Origin: Eledone cirrhosa
Lineage: Eukaryota
Length of the DNA stretch: 64,000 nt
Assembly (NCBI GenBank): GCA_964016885.1
Contig: OZ024751.1
Coordinates: forward strand, 39,060,001 to 39,124,000
Reading direction: 5' to 3'
Below the pieces are notes generated by a model. It was not told the origin of the DNA. It was given only the letters and a program-made list of their open reading frames with translations, and did no database searches. A program made the position numbers and the translations under genes. Shown here piece by piece: positions 47,778-60,436 of this stretch. Positions within the stretch are counted from its first letter, which is position 1, and each line of letters begins with the position of its first letter.

Positions 47778-50152
47778 ATATAATGAGTGTGAGTGAGTGT
47801 CATAGCAAAGTGCGAAACACAGGATGAACAATAGACCACAGTAAGAGAGCAGGATTTTTTTTACCAACTTTTAAAGGGTGGAAGTCAAACTTGACTTCGG
47901 CAGATTTTGAACTGAGAGTGCAGAGAGCCAGTGCCAACATTACAAATCATTCTATTCAATGTTCTAATGATTCTGCGAAATTGTTGCCCTGTACTGATTT
48001 ACTGCTATTTTAATGTTTTTCTCAGATTTTCTTCATTGATTTGTACTGAGGTCTATTGTGTTTAAAACGTGAGCCGAAACTTTAGAGTGATGGATAAAGC
48101 TTTGTATGGTATTTATTTACATCTGTTCATCTCCGGAGTTTAAATCCAAGTCAATTTCCCGTTTTTCTCTTCTATGTTCCGTAAAATGATTAGTGATATC
48201 GATTATGTCAACGACATGCCCTGACCGAGGATTTGTGGATTTGTAGCTAAACCTCTTTCAAAATTAATTACAATTTAATGTGATCCGTTCATAGCTCTAG
48301 TATTTATTTATCTGACATAAACCATATGTGTGCAAGACACAGTTTAAAACAAACTTTATGCATTAGTTTTCTCTTATCTTCTCATTCTTCTACTGTCTAT
48401 ACATGAAGATCCTGTACTAAATGCACTAATGCCCTAATGCACTAAATATTTCGGTCAATCCTCTCTTATTCAATGTGTCCAATCCACTATTTTGAAGCTT
48501 TGTTGTTTTTTATAACATCTCCTCATCTACAACAATACTACAACATTACATACAATACTTTAGATACAACATAAACCGCACTAATCTTCTCTAAGCATAA
48601 TTTGTTTATAGAAGTGTCAGAAAAGATAAGATACATCACTGGCAATGACCCAGCTATTATGACTAAGAAACTAATGCAATAATACCACTTCATTGTGGAA
48701 TTGCAGTAGAAGATGATATTTAAATATATTAAAAAAACAACTCATGATTTTGAATTGCAAAGATAACAATAAGAGTATCAAAAACTGTATTTGTGTAATT
48801 TAGAAGCTTAGTTTACCTGAGCTTTTTATATTTCGATTCTGTAGTACAGTTGTTAACGCGGTAAACTCTCAGAGATGATAAAAACTCATATAAAATGTTC
48901 GTCAGTTCACTACGCTCTAAGTTCAAATACTGCCGATTCAATTCATCGATTCTAAGTCAATAGAAAAAGAGCCAGTTCGATTTTAGTTCACCAATACTTG
49001 CTCAATACCTAACTTTCAACACCACTCTACATTTCTATAGAAAGCCTTCTGCCAAGTTTAGATTGTTACGATTTGATTATGAGCTAAATGTCTATAGCAT
49101 GCAATGTTAGGAGAATAGATATAGGCAGCTGGTGAACAAAATTTGCTTTGATACGAGTTAATAGTAGTCGTACGCGGAGACATCGAACCCAGAACTACGA
49201 AGATGGAACGCGAACATTCTTCACCATACAGAAATGTTGACAACTACTTTATAAATGAAAAAAGTAAATGAATAAATAAATATAAAAACCAAGCACATTT
49301 TATGGATTACTAGGTATATATGGCGACATAACTTAGAATATTGAGAAGACACGATGATTCTAACATATATTACTTCACATTCCAAATAATACAAAACGGT
49401 GCAAAATAATAATAATATTAATAATAAAAGCAACGACAACAAAAATTACGAGGACATTGATGACAACAAAAATATAATGCACAAAAAATTAAAATTAAAA
49501 ATAGACAAAAAGAAACAGACGTGAAGACATAATCCTGACATATTATTCATGAATGAATAGACACAAATGAATGAGGGGAACGGATATTAGTTGTGAAATA
49601 TCCTCTTGTAAGCAAAATATCTAATAGCCAATAGAAAATTAAAATGGATATTCCTTCAACGTTCCATGGAAAAGTAAAAAAATATAACATAACGTATATA
49701 ATGTATATATGAATTATAAATAAAAAGTAAAAGTATATAATATTAAACATAGTATAATATAATACAATATAATATGAGGTAATATAATAAAGTATAAAAT
49801 AATATAATATAAATTGTAAACATATTTTAAATGAAGTATACAAGATAAAGTATAAATATCATAAAATAAAATGGCTGAAATAATAAAAACTATATACATA
49901 CATACCTATATATATATATATATATATAAAATACGAATAGAATTTAATAATAATAATAAAACAAGTAAATTCTAACAAACGACAGCTTTAAAATGGATTT
50001 AATTCCACACAATATAAAGACATGTTCTATTGATATTGCATTCATTTGGAAACAGTTTCAGATTATTTATCATCGATAACATATATATACGTATATACAC
50101 ATACATATCTATATACATATATACACACACACACATATATATATATACATAT

Positions 50153-50239
<87 letters not shown>

Positions 50240-50427
50240 ATAAAATATTATTAGATTCTGAAGGCTACTTTGGATTTTTAAAATGTCTCAACGAGTTGGA
50301 TATTGCAATTACATAGAGCTAGAAATATACAGTGCATCATATATAAAGATTGTGATTCGGTTTCTATTTCTGGTTGTTATTCATTACAACTGTGTGTGAA
50401 AATATTGACAACATTATTTGCAGGAAT

Positions 50428-50614
50428 GCGGTGGATTGGCAGTATCGGTAGAGGGTCAGACGCCATGCTTTCCAGCATAGTTACGTCCCTTTACAATCTG
50501 AGTTCAAATCTGGCCGAGGTTGACTTTGCCTTTCATCCTTACGGGGTCGATAAAATAAAGTACCAGTAATACACTGGGTGATTGCTGGCCTTGTGCCTAA
50601 AGTAGAAACAATTA
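50428..50614 (+). mobile_element. SINE family 1, 16-bp TSD
   Basis: TSD attatttgcaggaatg at 50413-50428 and 50611-50626. Confidence 0.92.
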
Positions 50615-50940
50615 TTTGCAGGAATGAGCAGCGGTCATACAGAAAAATGAACATCAGGACAAAATATATGATATGAATAATTACCATCCTTTTATTGTAA
50701 TTATTCATACATCATTAATCTGCATAGTATAACATCTATAAGAAACCATCTATAGAGCAATGAAACCGATGTAGAGTGTTTGATCAGTTTTACAATTATA
50801 TCAACTACATAAAACCGTGTAAGTGCCAACAGATTAGTTAGTCAGTTAAACGAAACAAAATGAATATATACCTCCACATATTCACGCACACAAACATAAA
50901 CAGGAAAACCCTACCCGTATATGTATATACTTGTATGCTC

Positions 50941-51034
<94 letters not shown>

Positions 51035-51144
51035 TAGAGAGAGGGGGGAGAGAGACAGATGAGAGGGAGAGGTTTAGACTAGTAAAACCATGTTCAGCTA
51101 ACTATTTAATGGTTGGGAATGTATAGTGTGTGTATTGTAAAGAC

Positions 51145-51187
51145 TTAATGCCGTCGAAACAGCGTGAGCTCAGCCGACGGGCATTAA
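51145..51187. mobile_element. Family-A core fragment
   Basis: gccgtcgaaacagcgtgagctcagccgacggg matches the family-A arm and is closed by ttaatgcc/ggcattaa. Confidence 0.55.
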
Positions 51188-51421
51188 CTTTTTATACAAC
51201 ATAAATGTGTATGTCCATGAACGTGTGTGCATGCATGTATATACCTATATATATATATGAACAAAGAGAGAGGCTGAGAGAAAAAGGAAAGGAGTAAAGC
51301 ATATGTGATATTCTTTAATACTAGAATCCTCATTTCATCGGTTTTAACAACCGACACCATTGCACATTGCGAGAAATTATATACCACCGAGGATATACTG
51401 TCTAGGTGTGTATATACCTAC

Positions 51422-51547
51422 ATCACTGTATATGTGCACGTGCGTATGAGTGTACATATGTGTAAGGTTGTATATATATATATATATATATATATATACA
51501 ACCCTACACATATGTACACTCATGCGCACGTGCACATATACACTGAT
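51422..51547. repeat. Inverted repeat centred on (TA)n
   Basis: ~49-bp arms with about 3 mismatches around a TA run. Confidence 0.88.
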
Positions 51548-51582
51548 ATATATATATATATATATATACATATAACTATATA

Positions 51583-51771
51583 ACTGTTTCTACTTTAGGC
51601 ACAAGGTCAGCAATTATCCCAGTGCATTACTGGTACTTTATTTTATCGACCCCGTAAGGATGAAAGGCAAAGTTAACCTCGGCGGGATTTGAACTCAGAT
51701 CATAAAGGGACGTAACTATACTGGAAAGCATGGCGTCCGACCCTCTACCGATACTGCCAATCCGCCGCCCT
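51583..51771 (-). mobile_element. tRNA-derived SINE, family 1
   Basis: Consensus match; tataactata on both flanks. Confidence 0.9.
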
Positions 51772-51830
51772 TATAACTATACAATATAACTATATAATAT
51801 ACACCATATAACTATATAATATATAATATA

Positions 51831-52113
51831 AATGAAGTAATTCCATCGGAAAAGTCCAGGAAAAAAGAGTGCTCTATGTAGGCAACAGAGCTTAATTATT
51901 ATTATTATGTAATAAACAACATAAGGCAATTATTCCATTTACCAGTGGTTTCTTAAAAGCAAAAGGTTTTGCTTTCAATCCTCAGAACGGAAAAATCCTG
52001 GTTTGTTTATTGATTTTCCGTTCTGAGGATTGAAAGCAAAACCTTTTGCTTTTAAGAAACCACTGGTAAATGGAATAATTGCCTTATGTTGTTTATTACA
52101 TAATAATAATAAT
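51831..52113 (-). mobile_element. Hairpin+tail element, family C (perfect 100-bp arms)
   Basis: 51895-51994 is the exact reverse complement of 52014-52113, with a 19-nt loop. Single-copy flank 51831-51894. Confidence 0.7.
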
Positions 52114-52504
52114 ATATAATATACACCAATTGGGTGAAAACAGCTCTCCAGTAAATCACTATCTTTCCCGGAAGGAAGAAAGAGCAGTATAAGACATGCG
52201 TACTTATCGGCCAGGTTTCGAAACATTAATAATAATAAAAATACAAATGATGATAACGATGATGATAAGTAAAAATAATGCTAATGAAATTCTGTCTGTT
52301 TTATGCAAGTATTACACAACTCAGGTGGTGTGAAGTTAGTTAAATAATGACAAAACAAAAACAGAAGGGAAGGTAGAGATTCTATTCACCGAAAAGATCG
52401 GATTTAATAGGTTTTCGTGCATAACCTGAACTCTATGGAGTGCAATGGCAGGTCAACTGGTAACATATATACAAACATATATCACACATAATTATATATA
52501 TACA

Positions 52505-52582
<78 letters not shown>

Positions 52583-52742
52583 CATATACGTATATATATA
52601 TATATACACATTTACATACACTTATATATATATATGCATGAACACAAGCACCTATATATGCTCATATATATACATATGTATATGTATATATATACATATA
52701 TGTATATAAAGAGAGAGAGAGGGAAAGGGAACGAGAGAGTGG

Positions 52743-52778
<36 letters not shown>

Positions 52779-52899
52779 CACACACACACACATACACACA
52801 CCCACACACACACACACTTATATATATATGTGTGTGTGTGTATAGATATATACATATGTACTAAGTGAGTGTATAGTGCATAGCAGTTGAACTGTTAAT

Positions 52900-53088
52900 A
52901 ATTGTTTCTACTTTAGGCACAAGGCCAGCAATCACCCAGTGCATTACTGGTACTTTATTTTATCGACCCCGTAAGGATGAAAGGCAAAGTTAACCTCGGC
53001 GGGATTTGAACTCAGAATGGCAAGGGCCGTAACTCTATGCGTCAAAGTATGGCGTCCGACTCTCTACCGATACTGCCAATCCACTGGC
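52900..53088 (-). mobile_element. SINE family 1, 16-bp TSD
   Basis: TSD ttgaactgttaataat at 52887-52902 and 53092-53107. Confidence 0.92.
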
Positions 53089-53430
53089 CATTTGAACTGT
53101 TAATAATGGTAACTGGTATCAATTCTTCTGTTATGTGAATCAGAACAAATTTTTATGAACTCCTCGCCAGCAACTAGCTAAGCTGTCAACGCGTGTGGGC
53201 TAACCTAGTGCAAAATAACTTGAACCTAAAATATATTATAACCAGCAACAATGTACCTTACATTCTTCTTTGCATACTAATGCTCACATATACAGAGGCA
53301 CAGACACACACATACTCATACACACACACACAGACTCAAAGCCACTTCTACAACAAACATATATACACAAACGTATACACAAATTTGTTTTGTCTCTATA
53401 CTCATATATTACATATAAAACATACATATA

Positions 53431-53482
<52 letters not shown>

Positions 53483-53509
53483 CTTACACACACACACATA
53501 TATATATGC

Positions 53510-53591
<82 letters not shown>

Positions 53592-53674
53592 ATGTATGCA
53601 TACATATTTATCCATATATAAATGAATATATATGTATCTATCTATCTCTCTCTATATATATATATATATGTATA

Positions 53675-53717
<43 letters not shown>

Positions 53718-53763
53718 AGTGACGAAACATAAGTCTATTGCATGAACTCATAATCCTTTATTT

Positions 53764-53827
53764 ACTGCTATATATATATATATATTTCGATGATAGCCAT
53801 TGAATGGCTATGACCTCATCAGGCAGT
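53764..53827 (-). ncRNA. Type-I hammerhead ribozyme with intact core
   Basis: Minus strand reads actgc-CTGATGA-ggtc atagccatt c aatggctat catc-GAAA-(ta)n-TA-gcagt. Stem I is actgc/gcagt. AATAAA follows immediately (plus-strand tttatt 53757-53762). Confidence 0.8.
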
Positions 53828-54119
53828 TAGTCAGTTCTTAGATATGCCAGCTCTGTGTTTATAGTGTTGATGGTATCAGAGCCTTGGGACATATACATTC
53901 TAGGGCGCGCAATATATATATATATATATATATAAAATATTAAAAAAATAATGAATAAAACAATGAAACAGTTCCTTATATTAAACAAAAAAAGTTCATT
54001 ATTTAACGATCGTTTCTAGGACATATATGTGTAAGAATTGGTATGCATATTCAACAGATCTATGTACAAAATTATACAAAATTATACAAATTATCAAATA
54101 TAATATACATACATATATA

Positions 54120-54219
<100 letters not shown>

Positions 54220-54629
54220 ATGTAGTATATTTCAATGGTGTTAAACTATTATATTCTTACATACATTGATTGATCGACCTGATTTTCTGCGTGGTAATAC
54301 GTGCAAGCTTTTACATACATATACACACACTCTAACACAGTCTCGCACATACATACATACACACATAAGCAAAAATATAGACGGATCCATATGGACATAT
54401 GCTACACATAAATCAAATGAGTGTATACAAACATTCACATACATGGTACTTACAGTGATGTTCATATTCATATATGCATTTGGTTACAACTGTATTTGCA
54501 CATATATACACCCGACACCATTCCCCTTACTTGCAATTATCCTAAAATATACACATACTTATATATATATTCATAAATATATATTTAAGCATGTAAACAT
54601 CCGCGCATACATGCACACCAACATAGACT

Positions 54630-54740
<111 letters not shown>

Positions 54741-54885
54741 AGAGAGAAATAGCGAACTTTATACGTTTACACACATATACGCATGCATATATACATATAT
54801 ATATATATATACATGTATATACAAATATATACATACATCTATACATGTATACAATACATGCATACATACACAAATATATATATAC

Positions 54886-54918
<33 letters not shown>

Positions 54919-55200
54919 CATCCATAAATACATAAATACATATATACATATATAAATACATACATAAATACATAAATACATACATATATACATCATTACA
55001 TACATATATGCAAAAATACATATATATATATATAAACATACATATATACGTACATACATACATACGTACGTACATACGTACTTACATACAATCATAAATA
55101 CATAAATACATATATACATATATAAATACATACGTAAATACATAAATACATACATACATACACCATTACATACATATATGCAAAAATACATATATATATA

Positions 55201-55460
55201 TTAACATAACAGATTAAAGTTTAAGCAAAGAATCGCTGCTTTCACCCTTAACGGGATCTTCTGAAACTAACAAAGTCAATCTGCCAGATTGACTTTGTTA
55301 GTTTCAGAAGAACCCCTTCAGGGTGAAAGCAGCGATTCTTTGCTTAAACTTCAATCTGTTATTTTAATAAATATTTGCTCTACAGTTCTTATATATTTGA
55401 TATATATTTATCCTTATCGAGCCCTCTCTGGATTTTAGTCTTCAAATTTATTATTATTAC
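55201..55460 (+). mobile_element. Hairpin+tail element, family D, with two head-to-head hammerhead-like motifs
   Basis: 83-bp arms around 55284, AATAAA at 55366-55371, then a ~90-bp tail. TA/TACA flanks. Confidence 0.75.
55285..55358 (+). ncRNA. Type-I hammerhead-like RNA with extended, bulged stem I (U4A variant)
   Basis: cagattga-ctttgtt-agttt-CAGAAGA-accc cttca gggt-GAAA-gca...tgc-TT-aaact-tcaatctg. A mirror copy lies on the minus strand at 55210-55283. Confidence 0.65.
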
Positions 55461-55559
55461 TATACATATATATATAAACACATACATATATACATACATA
55501 CATACATACATACATACATACATACATACATACATACATACATACATACATACATACAA

Positions 55560-55842
55560 ATCCAGTATCCAAGATACACCTTTAGCTTCATACCCATCAT
55601 TATTGGTGTTACGGGTTATATACCAACCCGCTTGGACCAAAGTATGACCGAACTTGGATTTGCGGACAAAAAGCGCAGCTCCCTAATTCATAGTCTACAA
55701 ATGGCTGCGATAGCTGGCACCTTCAAAATATGCAAAACATTCTTGCGATTCAAGGGATGACAATTTCTTTTCTTTTACAACCTTGCCACCAGGAAGGTGG
55801 CCGGTCAAAAAAATATACTCGAAATTAAGAGAAAGAGAAAAC
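55560..55842 (+). mobile_element. 3' end of an R4/Dong-like (RLE-type) non-LTR retrotransposon
   Basis: 55560-55760 translates IQYPRYTFSFIPIIIGVTGYIPTRLDQSMTELGFADKKRSSLIHSLQMAAIAGTFKICKTFLRFKG*, matching the 'PIIIG..G.IP...LQ.AA..GT..I...FL' C-terminus of R4-clade elements. The 3' UTR has a gccacc/ggtggc hairpin. Inserted in (TACA)n. Confidence 0.8.
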
Positions 55843-55851
55843 ATATATATA

Positions 55852-56071
55852 GTGGCTGCCAACTCGTTTTCGAGTACGACCACTACTTTATATCCATGTA
55901 GGAGAACCCCTACCGATGCGCTGAACGAGTGTGACTTTGTAGTCCAGCCAGCGACTTGAAAACTCTGTTACAAACACTACACTTGTGACAATTATTGACA
56001 CATAGTGCTCGGCCCATGGTACCATGTGACGACAAGTGCAGAGAGATCTCCAGATATAAAGCAATGCCTGT
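55852..56071 (-). mobile_element. 5'-truncated copy of the RTE-type non-autonomous element
   Basis: Reverse complement of ~58203-58422; C2H2 remnant CSVCNRVFKSLAGLQSHTRSAHR*. Confidence 0.85.
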
Positions 56072-56754
56072 ACATGCATACATACATACATACATACATA
56101 CATACATACATGCATACATGCATACATGCATACATGCATACATACATACATACATACATACATACATACATACATACATACATACATGCATACATGCATA
56201 CATACATACATACATACATACATACATACATAAAATATGTGTAAAGAGTTGTTATACAGGCAATATATCGTCATAATTACAAATACAGAGCAAGACTTTT
56301 CCACAAATAACCAAAGCGTACGGACATGTTTTCCATAATATATTTCTAACGTTGCCACTGTTAAAGTCACCATCAGCAGTAAAATGTAATGAAATTTAAC
56401 AGAAACTTCCAGTCCCTCCACACTTCCTTAAATAACCTCTTAACATTCCCATCCTGCCTAGCTATCGCGTCTAGTTTCTTTTTCGACATTTTTATTTCAA
56501 CTTTTCTTAATCTTGTCTTCCATTTTGTTTTCTTCGTTTTACTCTGTTTTATCTCTTTTCCCACGTCCATGTATGTTCTTTATTTAAATACACTCCAGGA
56601 AATACTTCCCTTACCATGTATATGCATATGTATATATGTATATACACGTATATGCATATGTGTATATGTATACTCACACGTGCTTGTATATACATAGATA
56701 AAGACACACACACACACACATATATATAGTGAGTTTGTGTGTTTGTATGAATGT

Positions 56755-56801
<47 letters not shown>

Positions 56802-56874
56802 CACATACGTATTTGTATATATATATTTCTATATCTTTATGCGTCTATATATGTGAATGTGTCTGGTGTACGTT

Positions 56875-56921
<47 letters not shown>

Positions 56922-57971
56922 GCATTTATACATTTATCCCTCTATATATTTATTCACACGCATATATATAGAGAGAGAGAGAGTGAGAGAGAGAGTGAGA
57001 GAGAGAGGGGGGAGAGAGGGTGTAGCAGCCATTGAGGGTGTGTGAAAAGTGCTACAAATAAGTAGAAGGCGTGAGTACACAGCGTTTTGTTGTATATAAG
57101 CAAACTCGATGTTTCATTTTCTGCATATATACAAAGAGGTCAGGTGTGTTTAGCAAGTATGTGTGACGTCCAATGAAACTGTTATTGTGTATGTATGTAC
57201 GCACGTATACATGTGTATATACATGTATGCATGTATATATGTATCTATACATGTATGTATATATGTATCTATACATGTATGTATGTTTTTTCATGCATGT
57301 ATGCATGTATGTTTATTTGTGTTTGTGTATGTATAAGAATGTGTGTGTGTAGGTATTTTTATGTTTATATATGTTTGTATGTATGTATGTATGTATATAT
57401 GTATATATATGTATGTTTACAGCCATATATAGGCGTATGTGCATGCACGTATGTATGTATTCTTTTTTTTTTGTATATATGTACATGTATGCATTTACAT
57501 GCATGTATGCATGTACATGTATGTATGTATATATGTATGTATATATGTATGTATGTATATATATGTATACATATGTATGTATGTATATATGTATGTATGT
57601 ATATATATATATATGTAATATATATGTATGCATGTATATATATGTATATATATATATATGTGTATATATGTATATATGTATATATGTATGTATGTATATA
57701 TGTGTATGTATGTATGTATGTATATATATGTATGTATGTATATATGTATGTATATATGGATGTATGTATGTATATGTATGTATGTACGTATGTATGTATG
57801 TATGTATGTATGTGTGTATATATGTATGTATATATGGATGTATGTATGTATGTATATGTATGTATGTATGTACGTATGTATGTATGTATGTGTGTATATA
57901 TGTATGTATATATGGATGTATGTATGTGTATGTATGTATGTATGCATGTATGTATGTATGTATGTATGTAT

Positions 57972-58432
57972 GGGCAAAGGAGCTCTTAAGAGTCAATGGC
58001 CATCCAAAATCACCGGGAGAGATGACCCCTTAGCCTTTGTCAAGGCAGAATTCTAGGAGAAGGAAAACTCTGATATAACACCTGCAACCCTGATGGTATC
58101 CAATGATGTTGACTTGTTCTTCTTTTTGGTAAATATCATCTTGGTTAAGAGAGTGGGACTGGCTTTGTGCAGTGCCTTTGCTCACTATAAAAGCTTCACG
58201 GCACAGGCATTGCTTTATATCTGGAGATCTCTCTGCACTTGTCATCACATGGTACCATGGGCCCAGCACTATGTGTCAATAATTGTCACAGGTGTAGTGT
58301 TTGTACCAGAGTTTTCAAGTCGCTGGCTGGACTAAAAAGTCACAGTCGTTCAGCGCATCGGTAGGGGTTCTCCTACATGGATATAAAGTAGTGGCCGTAC
58401 TCGAAAACGAGTTGGCAGCCACCATGTATGTA
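57972..58432 (+). mobile_element. ~455-bp non-autonomous RTE-type retroelement (longest copy)
   Basis: 5' part contains ccttagccttt...aaggcag...tctaggagaaggaaaactctga, which I recall as an RTE 5'-UTR motif. 3' part encodes CHRCSVCTRVFKSLAGLKSHSRSAHR* (58284-58364), then the hairpin gtggc..actcg aaaa cgagt..gccac and an (ATGT)n tail. No RT. Confidence 0.75.
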
Positions 58433-58834
58433 AAGGCTGACCCATCAGTCCACGTGTCCATACGTCTGCAGTGGAAGATGGTAGAAGGAGGAGGAGGGTG
58501 GCACGTGTGGGGGGGGGGGGGCGACTAACGTAGAAAGGACATCCGGTCGTGTCGTAATGGCGGCCAACGTCACAGCTCATCAGCTCTACCAGTTATGGCG
58601 TTCATTACAGCAGGCAAGGAACTTTTTAGTTGTGGCGGTGTCTAGGTTAGTGAGGTAGAGAGGGTAGGGACCGGTATAGAGGGGGGGGGGGGATTCGGGA
58701 ATTGGGAAAAGTGTGGAATTAGGAGGAAGATGAGTGAAAGAGTTTGGGAAAAGAGGAATAGTGAGAAAGACAAGAGAGAGAACGAGAGAGTGATGCTGAG
58801 ATAGAGATAGAGATAGAGATAGAGAGATAGAGAG

Positions 58835-58893
<59 letters not shown>

Positions 58894-59799
58894 CTAGGAA
58901 AGGTACTGAGAGAGAAGCAGACAGAAGGAGAACGTGAGAAACACAGAGAAAGTGAGAGAGAGAGAGAGAGAGAGAAAGAGAGGGAGAGGGAGATAGAGAG
59001 AGAGAAAGTATGTGAGAAAGACAGAGAGAGATAGCATGACATACATAGAGAGTTTGGGATAGTTAAAACGTTAGCGAAGAGAGAGAATGCGAGAGAGATA
59101 GAAAGGCAAGAAAAGCAAGATGTTGTTTAGAGAAAGACATACATAGAACATTGGAGTGAGTGTGATACAAAGACAGAGAGAATGAAAGAGAGAGGGGAAG
59201 AGAGAGCGAGACAGAAATGGGATAGAAAGAGAAAGAGCAGGAAAGAAAGAGATAGAGAACTAAAGAAAAAGAGAGAGAGCTTGAAAGAAAGAGATAGTGA
59301 GAGCGACAAAAAGAGAAGAAATGGGGGAGAGAGGAGAGAAAGAATGTGTGGAGGTTATAAACTTGAAGAGAATCAAGTAAAAAAACTTCAAAAAACCTCA
59401 CATGTAACTGGACATACATCTATATATTCAGCCTTTTTCATCAAAACAGAGCCAGAAAGATGGAAGATATTGGGGTGGGATATATAAAGGAGAAGACGGT
59501 CAATAAATGTTTTAAATAATCGAACAAAGAGGGTGAAATACAGCTGAGTATATAGCGGACAAATGACCTCACTGCCTCCATCTCTCTCGCTCTCCCCATA
59601 TGTCACTATTATAAGTAAATGGGGCCCATGCGCTGACCGCCCTGCGACCCCGCCGGACAGATTAGAGAAGGAGCTTCGCCGGAGGATGGTAAAGAGAGGT
59701 GTGGGAAGAGATATTTCAGCTTGCGCGGCTCACACCTGGGGATAGGCAACTCTGTACCAATGGTGATGTGTAGGGAGCTGGTTCTAGGGGGCCAGGACA

Positions 59800-60000
59800 T
59801 CAGAACTTCCAGATGACTGGAACAGACCGCTTATGATATTGTTGACCATTCCACGGACTCTAGGACTTTTAATGTAGTTCAGGGAGATTCAGATGGATGT
59901 ATTGTGTGGCTGGGATAACTCTTTGGAGTAAGAGGTAGAATTCCTTAGTGCCAGCTATGGGAATCGAACTAACAACCTGACGGCAACAAACCGAACAATT
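59800..60000 (-). mobile_element. Degenerate SINE family 2
   Basis: ggaacagaccgcttatga..ccacggac..taatgtagttc..gggagattcag..gggaatcgaact resembles 23400-23950. Confidence 0.45.
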
Positions 60001-60337
60001 CTCATAAAACCTCGCACTTAAAAGTAAAATAAAAGAACAATCTAGAACAACTACAACAACATCAAATGACAGATCTCTGGTTTCAGTATGTATCTAAAAC
60101 TGCCTCTCTCTCAGTATCTAGCTATGGCTCGCTCTGTCTGCCTTTCGCTCTCTCCCTCTCTCTCTGATTCTATATCTCTCGTTCTCTACAGCATGAGACA
60201 CTGCAACGGCTTTGTCAGATCTTTACACAGACACACAGACACAATAGACAAGCAGTGACACATAAAACTCCATGTGTGCATACATACATATATACAACTA
60301 CACATACAAACACACACACATACACAAACAAACACTT

Positions 60338-60436
<99 letters not shown>

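Noticed and set aside
58284-58364. C2H2 zinc-finger host gene
   Set aside because: A single finger inside a three-copy dispersed repeat with a retroelement 3' end.
58530-58590. agagCTGATGAgctgtg on the minus strand as a hammerhead
   Set aside because: No GAAA at a suitable distance; the adjacent sequence looks like a degenerate retroelement tail.
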